From positions 248,001-312,000 of the forward strand of contig JBODTK010000016.1 in NCBI GenBank assembly GCA_050613775.1: a stretch of 64,000 nucleotides of DNA, given 5' to 3'. Under the pieces are notes generated by a model, which was given only the letters and a program-made list of their open reading frames with translations, was not told where the DNA came from and did no database searches. The translations under genes were made by a program, and so were the position numbers. The stretch is from Neocallimastix sp. 'constans'. Lineage: Eukaryota. The number at the start of each line of letters is the position of its first letter. Positions within the stretch are counted from its first letter, which is position 1. Shown piece after piece: positions 29,017 to 39,862 of the stretch.

Positions 29017-29129
29017 CTCTATCGACTGATGAAATTGTTTAGATTTAATAGAAAATTTAATTGGCATGATTTTACCACATATATTTTTGTATTCACGAAG
29101 CAACTTTAAAAAATCATCAAGGTTTTCAA
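29017..29129 (-). mobile_element. Short LINE endonuclease-RT linker fragment
   Basis: Translates IENLDDFLKLLREYKNICGKIMPIKFSIKSKQF, similar to family-A ENVDNYLEQFNKYEKLCKLIKKTKSKFRSARF. Confidence 0.55.
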
Positions 29130-30773
29130 TTTTTTTTTTTTTAACTGTAGAAAATTTGTTTCATCTTTATTAATTAAATAGTTGATAAAATACATGTAAT
29201 AAAAAGAAAAAAAAAGATAAAAGAATAAACAAAAAAAAAACATAAAATAAAATAAAATAAAATAAAATAAAATAATAGTATAATGTATTCTAGTTTCATT
29301 TAATTAATATCTATAAGACTTCACAAGGGTATTATTATACTGTAGCATAATAATTAATTTTGATTTCACAATGTTAATCATAATTTTAAGATACTAAATT
29401 ATGATTTTCATTGGTTGCGCTAGCCCTGCTGGCCTGTCTTACTGTTTCTTCAGCATTGACGCTCTTGGTATTAGTAGTACGATTCGATTTGAACCTATTG
29501 AACAAAGACCATTGCTGGCCAATAGCAATAGGTATAATCGATTGGAGAAGTGCCGCAGTAACCACCAAGAATGGAGTATCAGAATAAGCACCTAATTTCA
29601 TCTGGCACTTAAATAGATCCTTCCATTCCCTTGTACTGTTATTAATACTTCGACTTCCAAGAAGGAAATTAAACACTTTTTCACACACACTAGAATCAAT
29701 ATACACATTATTTTCAATACTATTACTAACATTACTAAAAATACTATTACTAATATTACTATAACTATTATTACTATTACTATTATTACTATTACTATTA
29801 TTACTATTACTATTATTACTATTACTATTATTACTATTACTATTATTACTATTACTATTATTACTATTACTATTATTACTATTACTATTATTACTATTAC
29901 TATTATTACTATTACTATTATTACTAATACTATTATTACTATTACTATTATCATTATTACTATTAACTATATCATTTGTTAGGTTGCCACGGTAAAAAGC
30001 ATTATATAAAAATAAAATTTTATCATTAACTGTACTACGACTATGATTGAAAAAAGGACAATCAATTAACCAATGATTTATCCACCACAACATCTAGATT
30101 CGCCTAAAGGAATTCCAAGTTCTGAAAAATCATTAAAAATGTCATTAATAAAAAGATTGAAAAGAATTGGTGATAGTGGACAACCTTGTCTAACTCCTTT
30201 CATAATATTAAAAGATTCCGAATATTGATCATCAATTTTAACACTGGCTTTGGAAGTCAAATATAGATTTCTTATAAATTGATAACATTTACCTCTAATA
30301 CCTAAAGCATCTAATTTATATAAAATATTACTTATTGGAACAGAATCATATGCCTTTTTTAAATCTAGAAAAGCAAGGTAAGTTTCTTTATTATCATTTT
30401 TACGCCTTTGACAAATTTCTAGAATTGAAATAAATAAACTAACACATTCTTCTTTTGTACGAAATCCAAATTGCTCTGACCTAATAAAATTATTTTTAAG
30501 ACCATATTCAGAAATTCTTTTGGAGACTATTTTCGAAATGAGTTTAATACCATTGTTAATCAAAGAGATACCTCGATAACTGTCACAATCAGATAGATCA
30601 TCTCCTTTTTTAGGAATAGATATAATACTTGCTTCATTTCAAGAGCTAGGAAATTCTCCATTCCAAATTCTTGAGTATATCTTCTGTAAACAATTTAAAC
30701 CAGAAGAAGAATTATTTACTGAATTTTCGTTATCCGGAGGAATTAAAACTTTATAAAATTCAATAGGAATTCC
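29130..30773 (-). mobile_element. Deleted LINE (family C): partial RT, C-terminal domain, 3' UTR, poly(A)
   Basis: DGIPIEFYK, YRGISLIN, EQFGFR, FLDLKKAYDSV, KGVRQGCPLSPILFNLFIND; breaks at CCGG (30078) and joins HWLIDC. Poly(T) on + at 29130-29142. Confidence 0.85.
29760..29960 (-). repeat. 15-bp coding minisatellite encoding (NSNNS)n inside LINE family C
   Basis: Tandem ttactattattacta units; the ORF track shows NSNSNNSNSNNS repeats. Confidence 0.9.
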
Positions 30774-30970
30774 ATCCCCTCAGAAACCATACAGCTTCGG
30801 TTCCATCATTGGGGTCAGTAGGTAAATTAAAATCACCAACCAACATTGAAGGATGAGAAGAGTGACTATTTAACCACGACAAAATTTCAATTCTAGCAGC
30901 TCTAGCATGAAGGTTATGGCCACTACGAGGTACGTACGCATTACCAATAGAACATTTAGTGAAATTCCAA
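30774..30970 (-). repeat. ~197 bp direct repeat, left copy (family-D endonuclease piece plus K-turn hairpin); partner at 38106-38302
   Basis: Colinear with 38106-38302; the first ~95 nt are identical and there are ~7-8 substitutions in the remainder (by eye). Confidence 0.9.
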
Positions 30971-31148
30971 TTTTTTTTTTTTTTTTTATAGATAGGGAAG
31001 AGAATATACTTCCAAAACTTTATTAAATTTTATTTTAAAAAATACATGTAGGTGAAAAGTACATTTGAAATTAAAAATAAAAAATTAAAAAATAAAAAAA
31101 TAAAAAAATAAAAAAGCTCGAAAATACTATGTATTTCGGCAAGTTGTA

Positions 31149-34100
31149 CTATGCGGGAATTTTTCCTTTCCTAACAAATAAAAAAGAAATAAAACCTAGA
31201 AGTAACATCTTTAAAATAGATAGTATGATGTCCACTAAACTCTCCCCGGATTCATCATTTATTGAACTACTAGGGCAAGATTCATCCTTCGTAGAAATAG
31301 ATGCTGATCCTGTATTATCATTATGCCTTATCAGTACGACGTCGACGCTCTTGGATAAGTTTGGTATTATGCAATACCTATCAAATAATAGCTCAAACGA
31401 ACTACTAATGATAGGTATTGCACTTGTTAAGAATTCCGCCAAGCCCACAATTTTTGGAACAGGTGACTCAGATGAACCTTTGAAAAGTAGTTCATTTAAT
31501 TGTCTCTGTTCCCCACTATCGAAATGTAGCTCATTTAAAACTAAAGTCCCACCAAGAAGGAACAAGTGTATATAATGATTGATATAATCTTCAAAATTAG
31601 AAATAGAGTCATAGGAAGAAAGAGGATTAAACGCTCTAATCTTCCTAAGGAATAAAACATAGAGGTCATCGATGAAATTTAAAGAATTCCATCTAAAAGA
31701 TGCAAGAGCATCGCATTTAAAAATCCAATGTTCAAAAGATTGTTTATCTTCGCCACAACAGGGGCAAAACTTGGGACAATCTTCCGAAACTCTACCCATT
31801 CTAATAGCAATAGTAGTATTGTATTTATAACCACAGCGTAAACGTATAATCCACGAAAACCCTAAGTTGAATTGGGGATATTTTAAGCTAAGCATAATTA
31901 TAGCTTTATTGTTTGAGAACTTATTACAATCGTAATTTTGACCTTTAATACCTTGAAATTTGGAAACTGATTTCCAGTAACGTTCTAAAATATCGTCATA
32001 TTTTTCACATTTATATTTTTTGATTTTTTATACAGTGTTCTAGATTCTTTAGTCCAGGAATAATGATGCATTTTGGGAATAGATTTAATAATATCCTTTA
32101 TAATACAGTTTGATTTACTCCATTTTGCAAATGATTTAATCTGTAATTCTGCGCAGACACCAGCAATAGGAGGAATGCTTAGATCTCGAGATAAAGCATA
32201 AGTACTCATAGTAGAATTATATCTAATATAGTCATTGTCTTCTGAACTTGTTTTACCATTTTTAGTGAATGAGCCGATACACCAAAATAGACCAGTATTA
32301 ATTAATGTTTGAATTCTGGCCGTTCTAGATTTGTTTGAACCAAGTAAAGGAGAATAAAAAATTACTTTACTAATAACAAAAGATTGAAGAACTTTTTTCT
32401 TGTATGCAATAGGGATAAGTTTATTTGAGAAGAAATGTGTAAATGAAAGAAGGGATTTTCTAACTTTAAAATGCATGTGAGATATAATGTGTTCTAGTAA
32501 GAGATCATCAGAAAAAGGAATACCAAGATAAATATAACTAGACACTTTAGGAATAGCATTCATTCCTAAATAGAAGGTTGGGTCACTATAGTTTGGAGGA
32601 GATTGGAAGTTCATTGGTTTTATAACCATAGTTGCACATTTTTCAATACCAAAAGTCATTTCATTTAAATTAGCCCATCTATGTACCTTTTTTAATAATT
32701 TTTCTAAATTTTTTGCACTTGGAGCAATGAGAACAACATCATCAGCAAAGAGTCCACCACAACATTTTTTTCTTCCAATATTAACACCATATTTTTCACA
32801 ATCATTTAATATATCATTGATGAATAAATTGAATAAGATCGGTGATAATAGACAACCTTGACGAACACCTCTTTTAATAGGAAATTCATTTGATAACATT
32901 GAAGCAAATCGAGCACGAGCTTTAGATGAAGTATATAAATTACATAGAAAATCAAAACATTTACCACGTACTCCATAATGATATAATTTAGTAAGAATGT
33001 TAAAAATAGGAACTGAATCATAAGCTTTTTTAAGATCTAAAAAGGCTAAATATGTGAATTTTCCTTGAAATTTTCTTCTTTGGCAAATTTCTCTAACGGA
33101 AATGAATAAATTAATGCATTCTTCACGGTTGCGAAAGCCAAATTGTTCAGGTCTAATGAAATTGTGTGAGAGTGCGTAAGTAGATATTCTATCTGTTATA
33201 ATTTTTGAAATGATTTTCAGTCCAACATTAATGAGAGAAATACCTCGATAATTACTACAATCTGATAGGTCACCTTTCTTAGGGATTGATACAATAGAAG
33301 CTGAGTTCCATTTTTTAGGAAAAGACCCATTCCATATTTTATTAAAAATCAATTTAAGACACTTTCCAGCAGCAGGATGTGTTTCTAGTAATTCTTCATT
33401 GCAAAACAGAGCTTTGTAGAATTCAATCGGGATACCATCGGGGCCGGGTGCTTTGTTGTTTTTCATAGATGAAATAGTTTTTTTAATATCGTCAATCGTA
33501 ATAGGATCGTTGATATTCCAAGTAGAGGATCTAAGACTAATATTCCTTAAAGCATGAATCCAGAAGTTACGATTAAGGCTGTGACCTGAGGGATCAGAAG
33601 CTAGATCTTTATAATATTCAGCCCATCTATCTAATTGTTTAGTAGGAGAGATAATATCTTGACCAAATTTAGATTTTATGCAAGTAGGGGAGGTAGATGA
33701 ATACGATGGTTTAGCCATTTTTTTTAAACATCTCCAACCATTTTTGAAATCTTTATTCAAAAAATAATTACCAATTTTTACTATATTAGCCTTAAATCTA
33801 GCAGAACGAAATTTGCTCTTTGTTTTCTTGATTAATTTGCAAAGTTTTTCATATTTATTAAATTGTTCAAGGTAATTATCAACATTTTCACAGTTAAAGT
33901 AAGGCTTAATATTTCGAAATGCAATATGTTTTTCATGAGACAGTTTTTTAATGTAATAAGGACAGTGAAAAGCAGATCCCTTTAAATTTGTTGGAATGAA
34001 AGCCTTAATATTCTTCCCGATATTATTTGCTGTATTGATAAATTTTTCTACCATTTCATCAGCCGTGAGCGAATTGTAATGAGAATCGAGGTCATTTGCT

Positions 34101-34996
34101 AAGATTGAAAAATAATTATGTGATAAAATATCTGAACTTTTTGTTTTACAAATATGTGTAGACCATTTAGAAACTTTAGCAGACCTTATAAAGCCATCGG
34201 AGAGAACTTTGTTGCAAGAAAGTATAATAGGTTTATGATCAGAAATACCATAAAATGAAGTGCAAACCGAGGTTTTATTAAAATGAGCTGCCAAAGCCTC
34301 ATTATATATGACATGGTCAATGCAAGATGATCTAGTACCTTTGGCATAAGTAAATTGATTACCATATAAGGGAGCAATATACCAATTAGGAAAATTATTT
34401 GAAATGTATGTTTTGATGTTCTTTAATGACATGTTAAAATCACCAACTAGGACAGCAGGAACGTTTTTTCTATTGTGAAAACGTAACCATTGAGAAAGTT
34501 CATCAAAAGCAGCTAGTCTTTCTTCCTTCCATTTGCTTTGAGGGAAGTAGATATTACCAATAGTACATTTTTGATTCCAGAAAGAAGTAATATTTACTGA
34601 AATGATATATTTGTATAAAAACCGTTCTTGAAAGAAAGAGCACGAAGAATGAACACCAATAAAGAGTCCTCTCATACCAGGGATTTTAGGATTAGCTCTA
34701 AGGAAAACTGAGTTGTAATATGGAATTAATGGTGATGAAACATCTTTTGGAAGATATTTACTTTTTCCAGTTTCTTGTAAACAGATACATATAGGTTTGA
34801 AAATAGAGTTGAGATATAAAATACTATCACGTTTTTCAGTATTCCAACCGTTAATACTCCAACTAACACAGAGATTAAAGAAAGAAGAATTTGAATTTAG
34901 ATGGCTAGAGAAAAAATCTTTCGCCATAGGATTAAGCTCAACATCAATGTTATTAGATTTTCTTGACTTGTTCATTTGTTTAAGTTTATTACACAA
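31149..34996 (-). CDS. LINE endonuclease/reverse transcriptase polyprotein with one frameshift at ~32010-32030
   Basis: SWSINGW, CLQETG, VGDFNM, IDH and SDH (APE); KAPGPDGIP, YRGISL, QFGFR, FLDLKKAYDSV, RGVRQG and LFADD (RT); CPCC..HWIFKC in the downstream frame. Confidence 0.92.
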
Positions 34997-35150
34997 GGTC
35001 CAGGTAATTTTAGCCGTTTCAGGAATTTTATCTCTTAAGAAATCTAAAACATCGAAAAATTTGAGATCATTTTTGTATTTATTAACCCTAATAATGAAGT
35101 ATGAGCCGTACCTTGGAGAAAAAAGTTTTTTAACATATGGAATAATTTCA

Positions 35151-37169
35151 TTTTTTTTTTTTTAGACTAGGAATAAACTTTATTTAATAATATTTTTTTT
35201 TTTAAAAAAATACATGAAGTTTAAATACATGAAATTTTTTTTTTTTTTTATATTAATATTAAAAAACTACGTTATGAGATTCGAGGACGAAATGGCCTCT
35301 AACTCTTCCCATTCATCGAAGATAACTCCATGTGGATGAAAATTATCATTCGAATCTGTATCAGAATTTCTTCTTTGCCTTATCGTTACGACGTCGACGC
35401 TCTTGACAACGGTAGGTCTAACACTATACAAATCGATCATGGTGTAAAAATCACCAATCACAATAGGCATAACGTTAGTAAGGAATTCCGCAAGCCCCAC
35501 AAAATATGAAATCGGGAAAGAAGACTCGTTCGAAGGTGATTGAAAAATATTATTAATAAATCGCCTTCTTTCCCCCGAGCCGATCTTTAAGATTTCAAAT
35601 ACTGCATTTCCGCCAAGAAGGAGACACAGCACGTAAAAATTGATATTATCATCAAAATCTTCCTCTTTATCATCAGGAATGTTCAATGATTTCTCATGAA
35701 CAATAAGAGAAAAATTAATAAAAATTTCATCAACAAAGGGAATGAAATGTTGCCTAAATTCTTCAAATTTAGGACATAAAAGTATCCAGTGTGTAAAACT
35801 AGGTATGCTGTTACTCTCACCACAACAAGGGCAGTATGTTGGGCAATTTTCTGATACTAGATTACTTTTAACATACGTTTTTACATCAAATTTGAATCCA
35901 CATTTAATTCGTCCAATCCAAAAAAAACCAAGAGAAAATTGTGAATATTTAAGTGATAGACGTTGAATAATTTTTTTAAAACCAAATTTAAATTTCTTGT
36001 ATTTTGTAGATCTGATCGCAGGAGTGCTTGAATAATGAATATTTTCCCAGTAAAACTTCCTTATTTCTCCAGGAAGTTTATTGTTGAGCTTGTGTACTGC
36101 TAAACTTCGTGCTTTTTTCGTCCAGAATAGTGAGAAAGTGTAGGTATATTTTTGACTAAATGAGAAATAATACAAGAAGAATCTTTCCACTTTTTAAAGC
36201 ATCGAATCATCGCCTTAGCACAAAAACTAGCTATAGGAGGTATAGAAAGTTCCTTAGACATATTGTAAATTGAAGTATTGGAGGTTTTATTTTTAAACCC
36301 GAAACTCCAATACAAACCTCGATTAAAAGCAGTTTGAACTTTTTCAGTATTCTTTTTATTTGAACCAAGTAAGGGAGCATAATAAAGAACTGAACTAAGG
36401 ACAAAAGAAACTAGTATACGAGTTTTAAAGTAGAAAGGAACATTCCTATTGGTTAAAAATCTAAAGAAAGAGTTAACTGTATAATTAATTTTACTATTCA
36501 TCTTAGCAATAATAGGTTTTAAATCCAACGATTCATTAAAAGGTGTACCAAGATATGTATATTGATTAGTGCTTGGTATATAGTTCATACCAAGTCTAAA
36601 AGTAGGATTTTCATAATGTCTTGAAGGTATAAAATTCTTTGGTTTAACAACTAGTGTAGCGCATTTATTGATTCCAAAGGTCATTTCATTTTTAATACCC
36701 AAATCATGAGCGATATTCAAAAGGTTTTTAAGTGAAGATTTTGTAGGAGCTAATAATACAATATCATCAGCAAATAATCCACCACAACACTTATTCTTTT
36801 CAGTAATCACACCATAACTTTTACATTTATCAAAAATATCATTGATAAATATATTGAATAAAATAGGTGAGAGAGGACACCCTTGGCGAACATCACGGTG
36901 TATTGGAAATTCTTTTGAAAGTTTACCATTAAAGTTTGCACGAGCTTTCGAGGTAAGGTATAGATTAGTAATGAATTGAAGGCATTTACCACGAATACCA
37001 AGATTATTTAGTTTAGTAAGTATATTGTAAATTGGAACTGAATCATAAGCTTTTTTAAGGTCAAGAAAGGCAAGAAAGGTAAATTTATCCTTAAATTTTC
37101 TTCTTTGACAAATTTCACGAATGGATACAAATAAACTAATACATCTTCTTTATTTCTAAAACCAAACTG
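35151..37169 (-). mobile_element. 5'-truncated, frameshifted LINE family B nested in family A
   Basis: Begins at QFGFRNKED; FLDLKKAYDSV, LFADD, CPCCGE..HWILLC, stop at 35267, then AATAAA...CTAGTCTA(A)n. Confidence 0.88.
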
Positions 37170-37404
37170 TTAGATGGCTAGAGAAAAAATCTTTCGCCAT
37201 AGGATTAAGTTCAACATCAATGTTATTAGATTTTCTTGACTTGTTCATTTGTTTAAGTTTATTACACAAGGTCCAGGTAATTTTAGCTGTTTCAGGAATT
37301 TTATCTCTTAAGAAATCTAAAACATCAACAAATTTGAGATCATTTTTGTGCTTATTGCCGTACCTTGGAGAAAAAAGTTTTTTGGCATATGGAATAATTT
37401 CATT
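37170..37404 (-). repeat. ~235 bp direct repeat of family-A N-terminal coding sequence; partner at 34897-35152
   Basis: Colinear with scattered substitutions; the left copy carries an extra in-frame 21 nt (aaccctaataatgaagtatga). Confidence 0.9.
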
Positions 37405-37875
37405 GTAGTTAGGGATCTTACTAATAACTTGAGCCATTAGATTGCTAGGGTACCAAGAATTAAGGTTATGGATAAAGATAAGGCTATAATTATTCATATG
37501 ATTACCGAAGCAGTAGAAGACACGATGGAAGGGAGTAGTATTAACTGAGCTGGAATCATCCATGTTTAGAGTTTGATGATAACAGAACTGACTTAATTTC
37601 TATTTATAGTGAATTGATTAAAAGGATTGTATACCAAAGAATTATATATAAAATATTAACATTTAAGTTTACTGAATATAAAAGTTAATTGTTTCACATG
37701 AATTGAATTTCCTAAGATATATTAAAAAACAATGTTAGTGGAAAAATTATTTATTCAATAAAATATAATGTAAAATAATAAATTTATTTAAAGTGAAAAT
37801 ATTTTAAAAGGATATGAAATTAAAAACCTAAAATAAAAATTTATATAGAGATATAAAGAAAAATATATAAAGATA

Positions 37876-37925
<50 letters not shown>

Positions 37926-38102
37926 AGAAAAATTTTAGAAATATAAGAGAAAAAATAAAAAAACAATATTGTTAGTAGTATAGTGTAAAAAATTCTTTTG
38001 ATTGAAAAATTGATTTAAAAAACTACAGTTATGATTTATATAAAAAATAAAGATTGCACTAAAAATTGAAAAGTAATTTAGATTTTATTATTATACTAAT
38101 TG

Positions 38103-38150
38103 CTGATCCCCTCAGAAACCATACAGCTTCGGTTCCATCATTGGGGTCAG
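38103..38150 (-). ncRNA. Kink-turn (box C/D-like) hairpin at the apparent 5' end of LINE family A
   Basis: Minus strand CUGA-CCCC-AAU-GAU-GGAACC-gaagcuguau-GGUUUC-UGA-GGGG-A-UCAG: near-consensus box C (AUGAUGG), perfect box D (CUGA), G.A/A.G/U.U/G-C core. A G.U pair works only on the minus strand. Confidence 0.7.
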
Positions 38151-38476
38151 TAGGTAAATTAAAATCACCAACCAACATTGAAGGATGAGAAGAGTGACTA
38201 TATAACCACGACAATATTTCATTTCTAGCAGCTCTAGCATGAAGGCTATGACCACTATGAGGTACGTACACATTACCAATAGAACATTTAGTGAAATTCC
38301 AAAAATTATAAGTATACAAGGAAATAATATACTCATAAGTGTTGTTTTCAAGAGAGGCTTGACAAGAATTATGAAAACCTATATAAAGTCCTCTTTTACC
38401 AGGAATTTCATTATTAGCTTTTTTGAACAAATGTTTATAGTTTTTTATTAGAAAAATATAAATCTTTTTAATAAAT

Positions 38477-38478
<2 letters not shown>
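38151..38478 (-). mobile_element. LINE family-D APE endonuclease fragment
   Basis: IPGKRGLYIGFHNSCQ...CSIGNVYVP...MLVGDFNLP, homologous to the family-A and family-E endonucleases. Confidence 0.8.
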
Positions 38479-38556
<78 letters not shown>

Positions 38557-38639
38557 GGCAGCAAACTTGTTTCATCTTTATTAATTAAATATTTGATAAA
38601 ATACATGTAATAAAATAATAATAAAAAAAAAAAGATAAA

Positions 38640-38670
<31 letters not shown>

Positions 38671-39862
38671 AGACAGGGAAGAGAATACACTTCCAAAAAC
38701 TTTATTAAATTTTATTTTAAAAAATACATGTAGGTGAAAAGTACATTAGAAATTAAAAAATAAAAAATTAAAAAATAAAAAATAAAAAATAAAAAAGCTC
38801 GAAAATACTATGTATTTCGGCAAGTTGTACTATGCGGGAATTTTACCCTTCCTATCAAATAAAAAAGAAATAAAATTTAGAAGTAACATCCTTAAAATAG
38901 ATAGTGTGGTGTCCACTAAACTCTCCCCGGATTCATCATTTATTGAGCTACTAGGGCGAGAATCACCCTTCGTAGTAATAGATGATAATCCTGTATTTTC
39001 ATTATGCCTTATCAGTACGACGTCGACGCTCTTGGTTAAGTTTGATATTTTGCAATACCTATCAAATAATAGCTCAAACGAACTACTTATGATAGGTATT
39101 GCATTTGTTAAGAATTCCGCCAAGCCCACAATTTTTGGAACAGGTGACTCAGATGAACCTTTGAAAAGTAGTTCATTTAAATGTCTCTGTTCCCCACTAT
39201 CGAAATGTAGTTCATTTAAAACTAAAGTCCCACCAAGAAGGAACAAGTATATATAATGATTGATATAATCTTCAAAATCAGAAATAGAGTCATAGGAAGA
39301 AAGAGGATTAAACGCTCTAATCTTCCTAAGGAATAAAACATAGAGATCATCGATGAAATTTAAAGAATTCCATCTAAAAGATGCAAGAGCATCGCATTTA
39401 AAAATCCAATGTTCAAAAGATTGATTACCTTCACCACAACATGGGCAGGACTTTGGACAATCTTCTGAAACTCTACCCATTCTAATAGCAATAGTAGTAT
39501 TGTATTTATAACCACAGCGTAAACGTATAATCCACGAAAATCCTAAGTTGAATTGGGGATATTTTAAGCTAAGCATTATTATAGCTTTATTGTTTGAGAA
39601 CTTGTTACTATCGTAGTTTTGACCTTTAATACCTTGAAATCTGGAAACTGATTTCCAGTAACGTTCTATAATATCGTCATATAAGATAAAAAAATAAACA
39701 AAAAATAAAACACAAAATAAAAATAAAATAATGGTATAATATATTCTAGTTTCATTTAATTAATATTTGTAAGACTTCACAAGGGCATTATTATACTGAA
39801 GTATAATAATTAACTTTGACTTCGCAATGTTAATCATAATTTTAAGATACAAAATTATGATC
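38479..39862 (-). mobile_element. Family-C 3' UTR fragment with long poly(A), split by a family-A insertion
   Basis: 38553-38643 plus 39683-39862 together align with the uninterrupted family-C 3' UTR at 29143-29405. Confidence 0.85.
38644..39682 (-). mobile_element. 5'-truncated family-A LINE copy with a 12-bp target-site duplication
   Basis: Close copy of 30971-32000. AAGATAAAAAAA occurs at 38632-38643 and 39683-39694. Confidence 0.92.

Larger units (their letters stand above)
30971..38150 (-). mobile_element. Near full-length single-ORF LINE (family A; APE endonuclease-RT-Cys/His C-terminus), interrupted by a family-B copy
   Basis: 5' hairpin 38103-38150, AT-rich UTR, ORF start 37563, main ORF 31985-34996, C-terminus 31149-31895, AATAAA and poly(A) ending at 30971. 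Confidence 0.88.

Noticed and set aside
29024..29040. CTGATGA hammerhead-like core on + (also at ~42609, and ctgatgc..gaaac at ~57150)
   Set aside because: No flanking stems I-III with a properly placed GAAA could be built; at 29024 it is antisense LINE coding sequence.
31129..31575. 148 aa antisense ORF, repeated at 38810-39256
   Set aside because: Both copies are close relatives, so the shared open frame is not independent evidence; there is no recognisable domain and no equivalent in family B.
38108..38146. Hairpin as a SECIS element or a complete guide snoRNA
   Set aside because: The upper helix is too short for SECIS and it lies 5' of the ORF. Only ~20 nt, mostly self-paired, separate boxes C and D, leaving no clear guide or C'/D' boxes. 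Kept only as a K-turn module.
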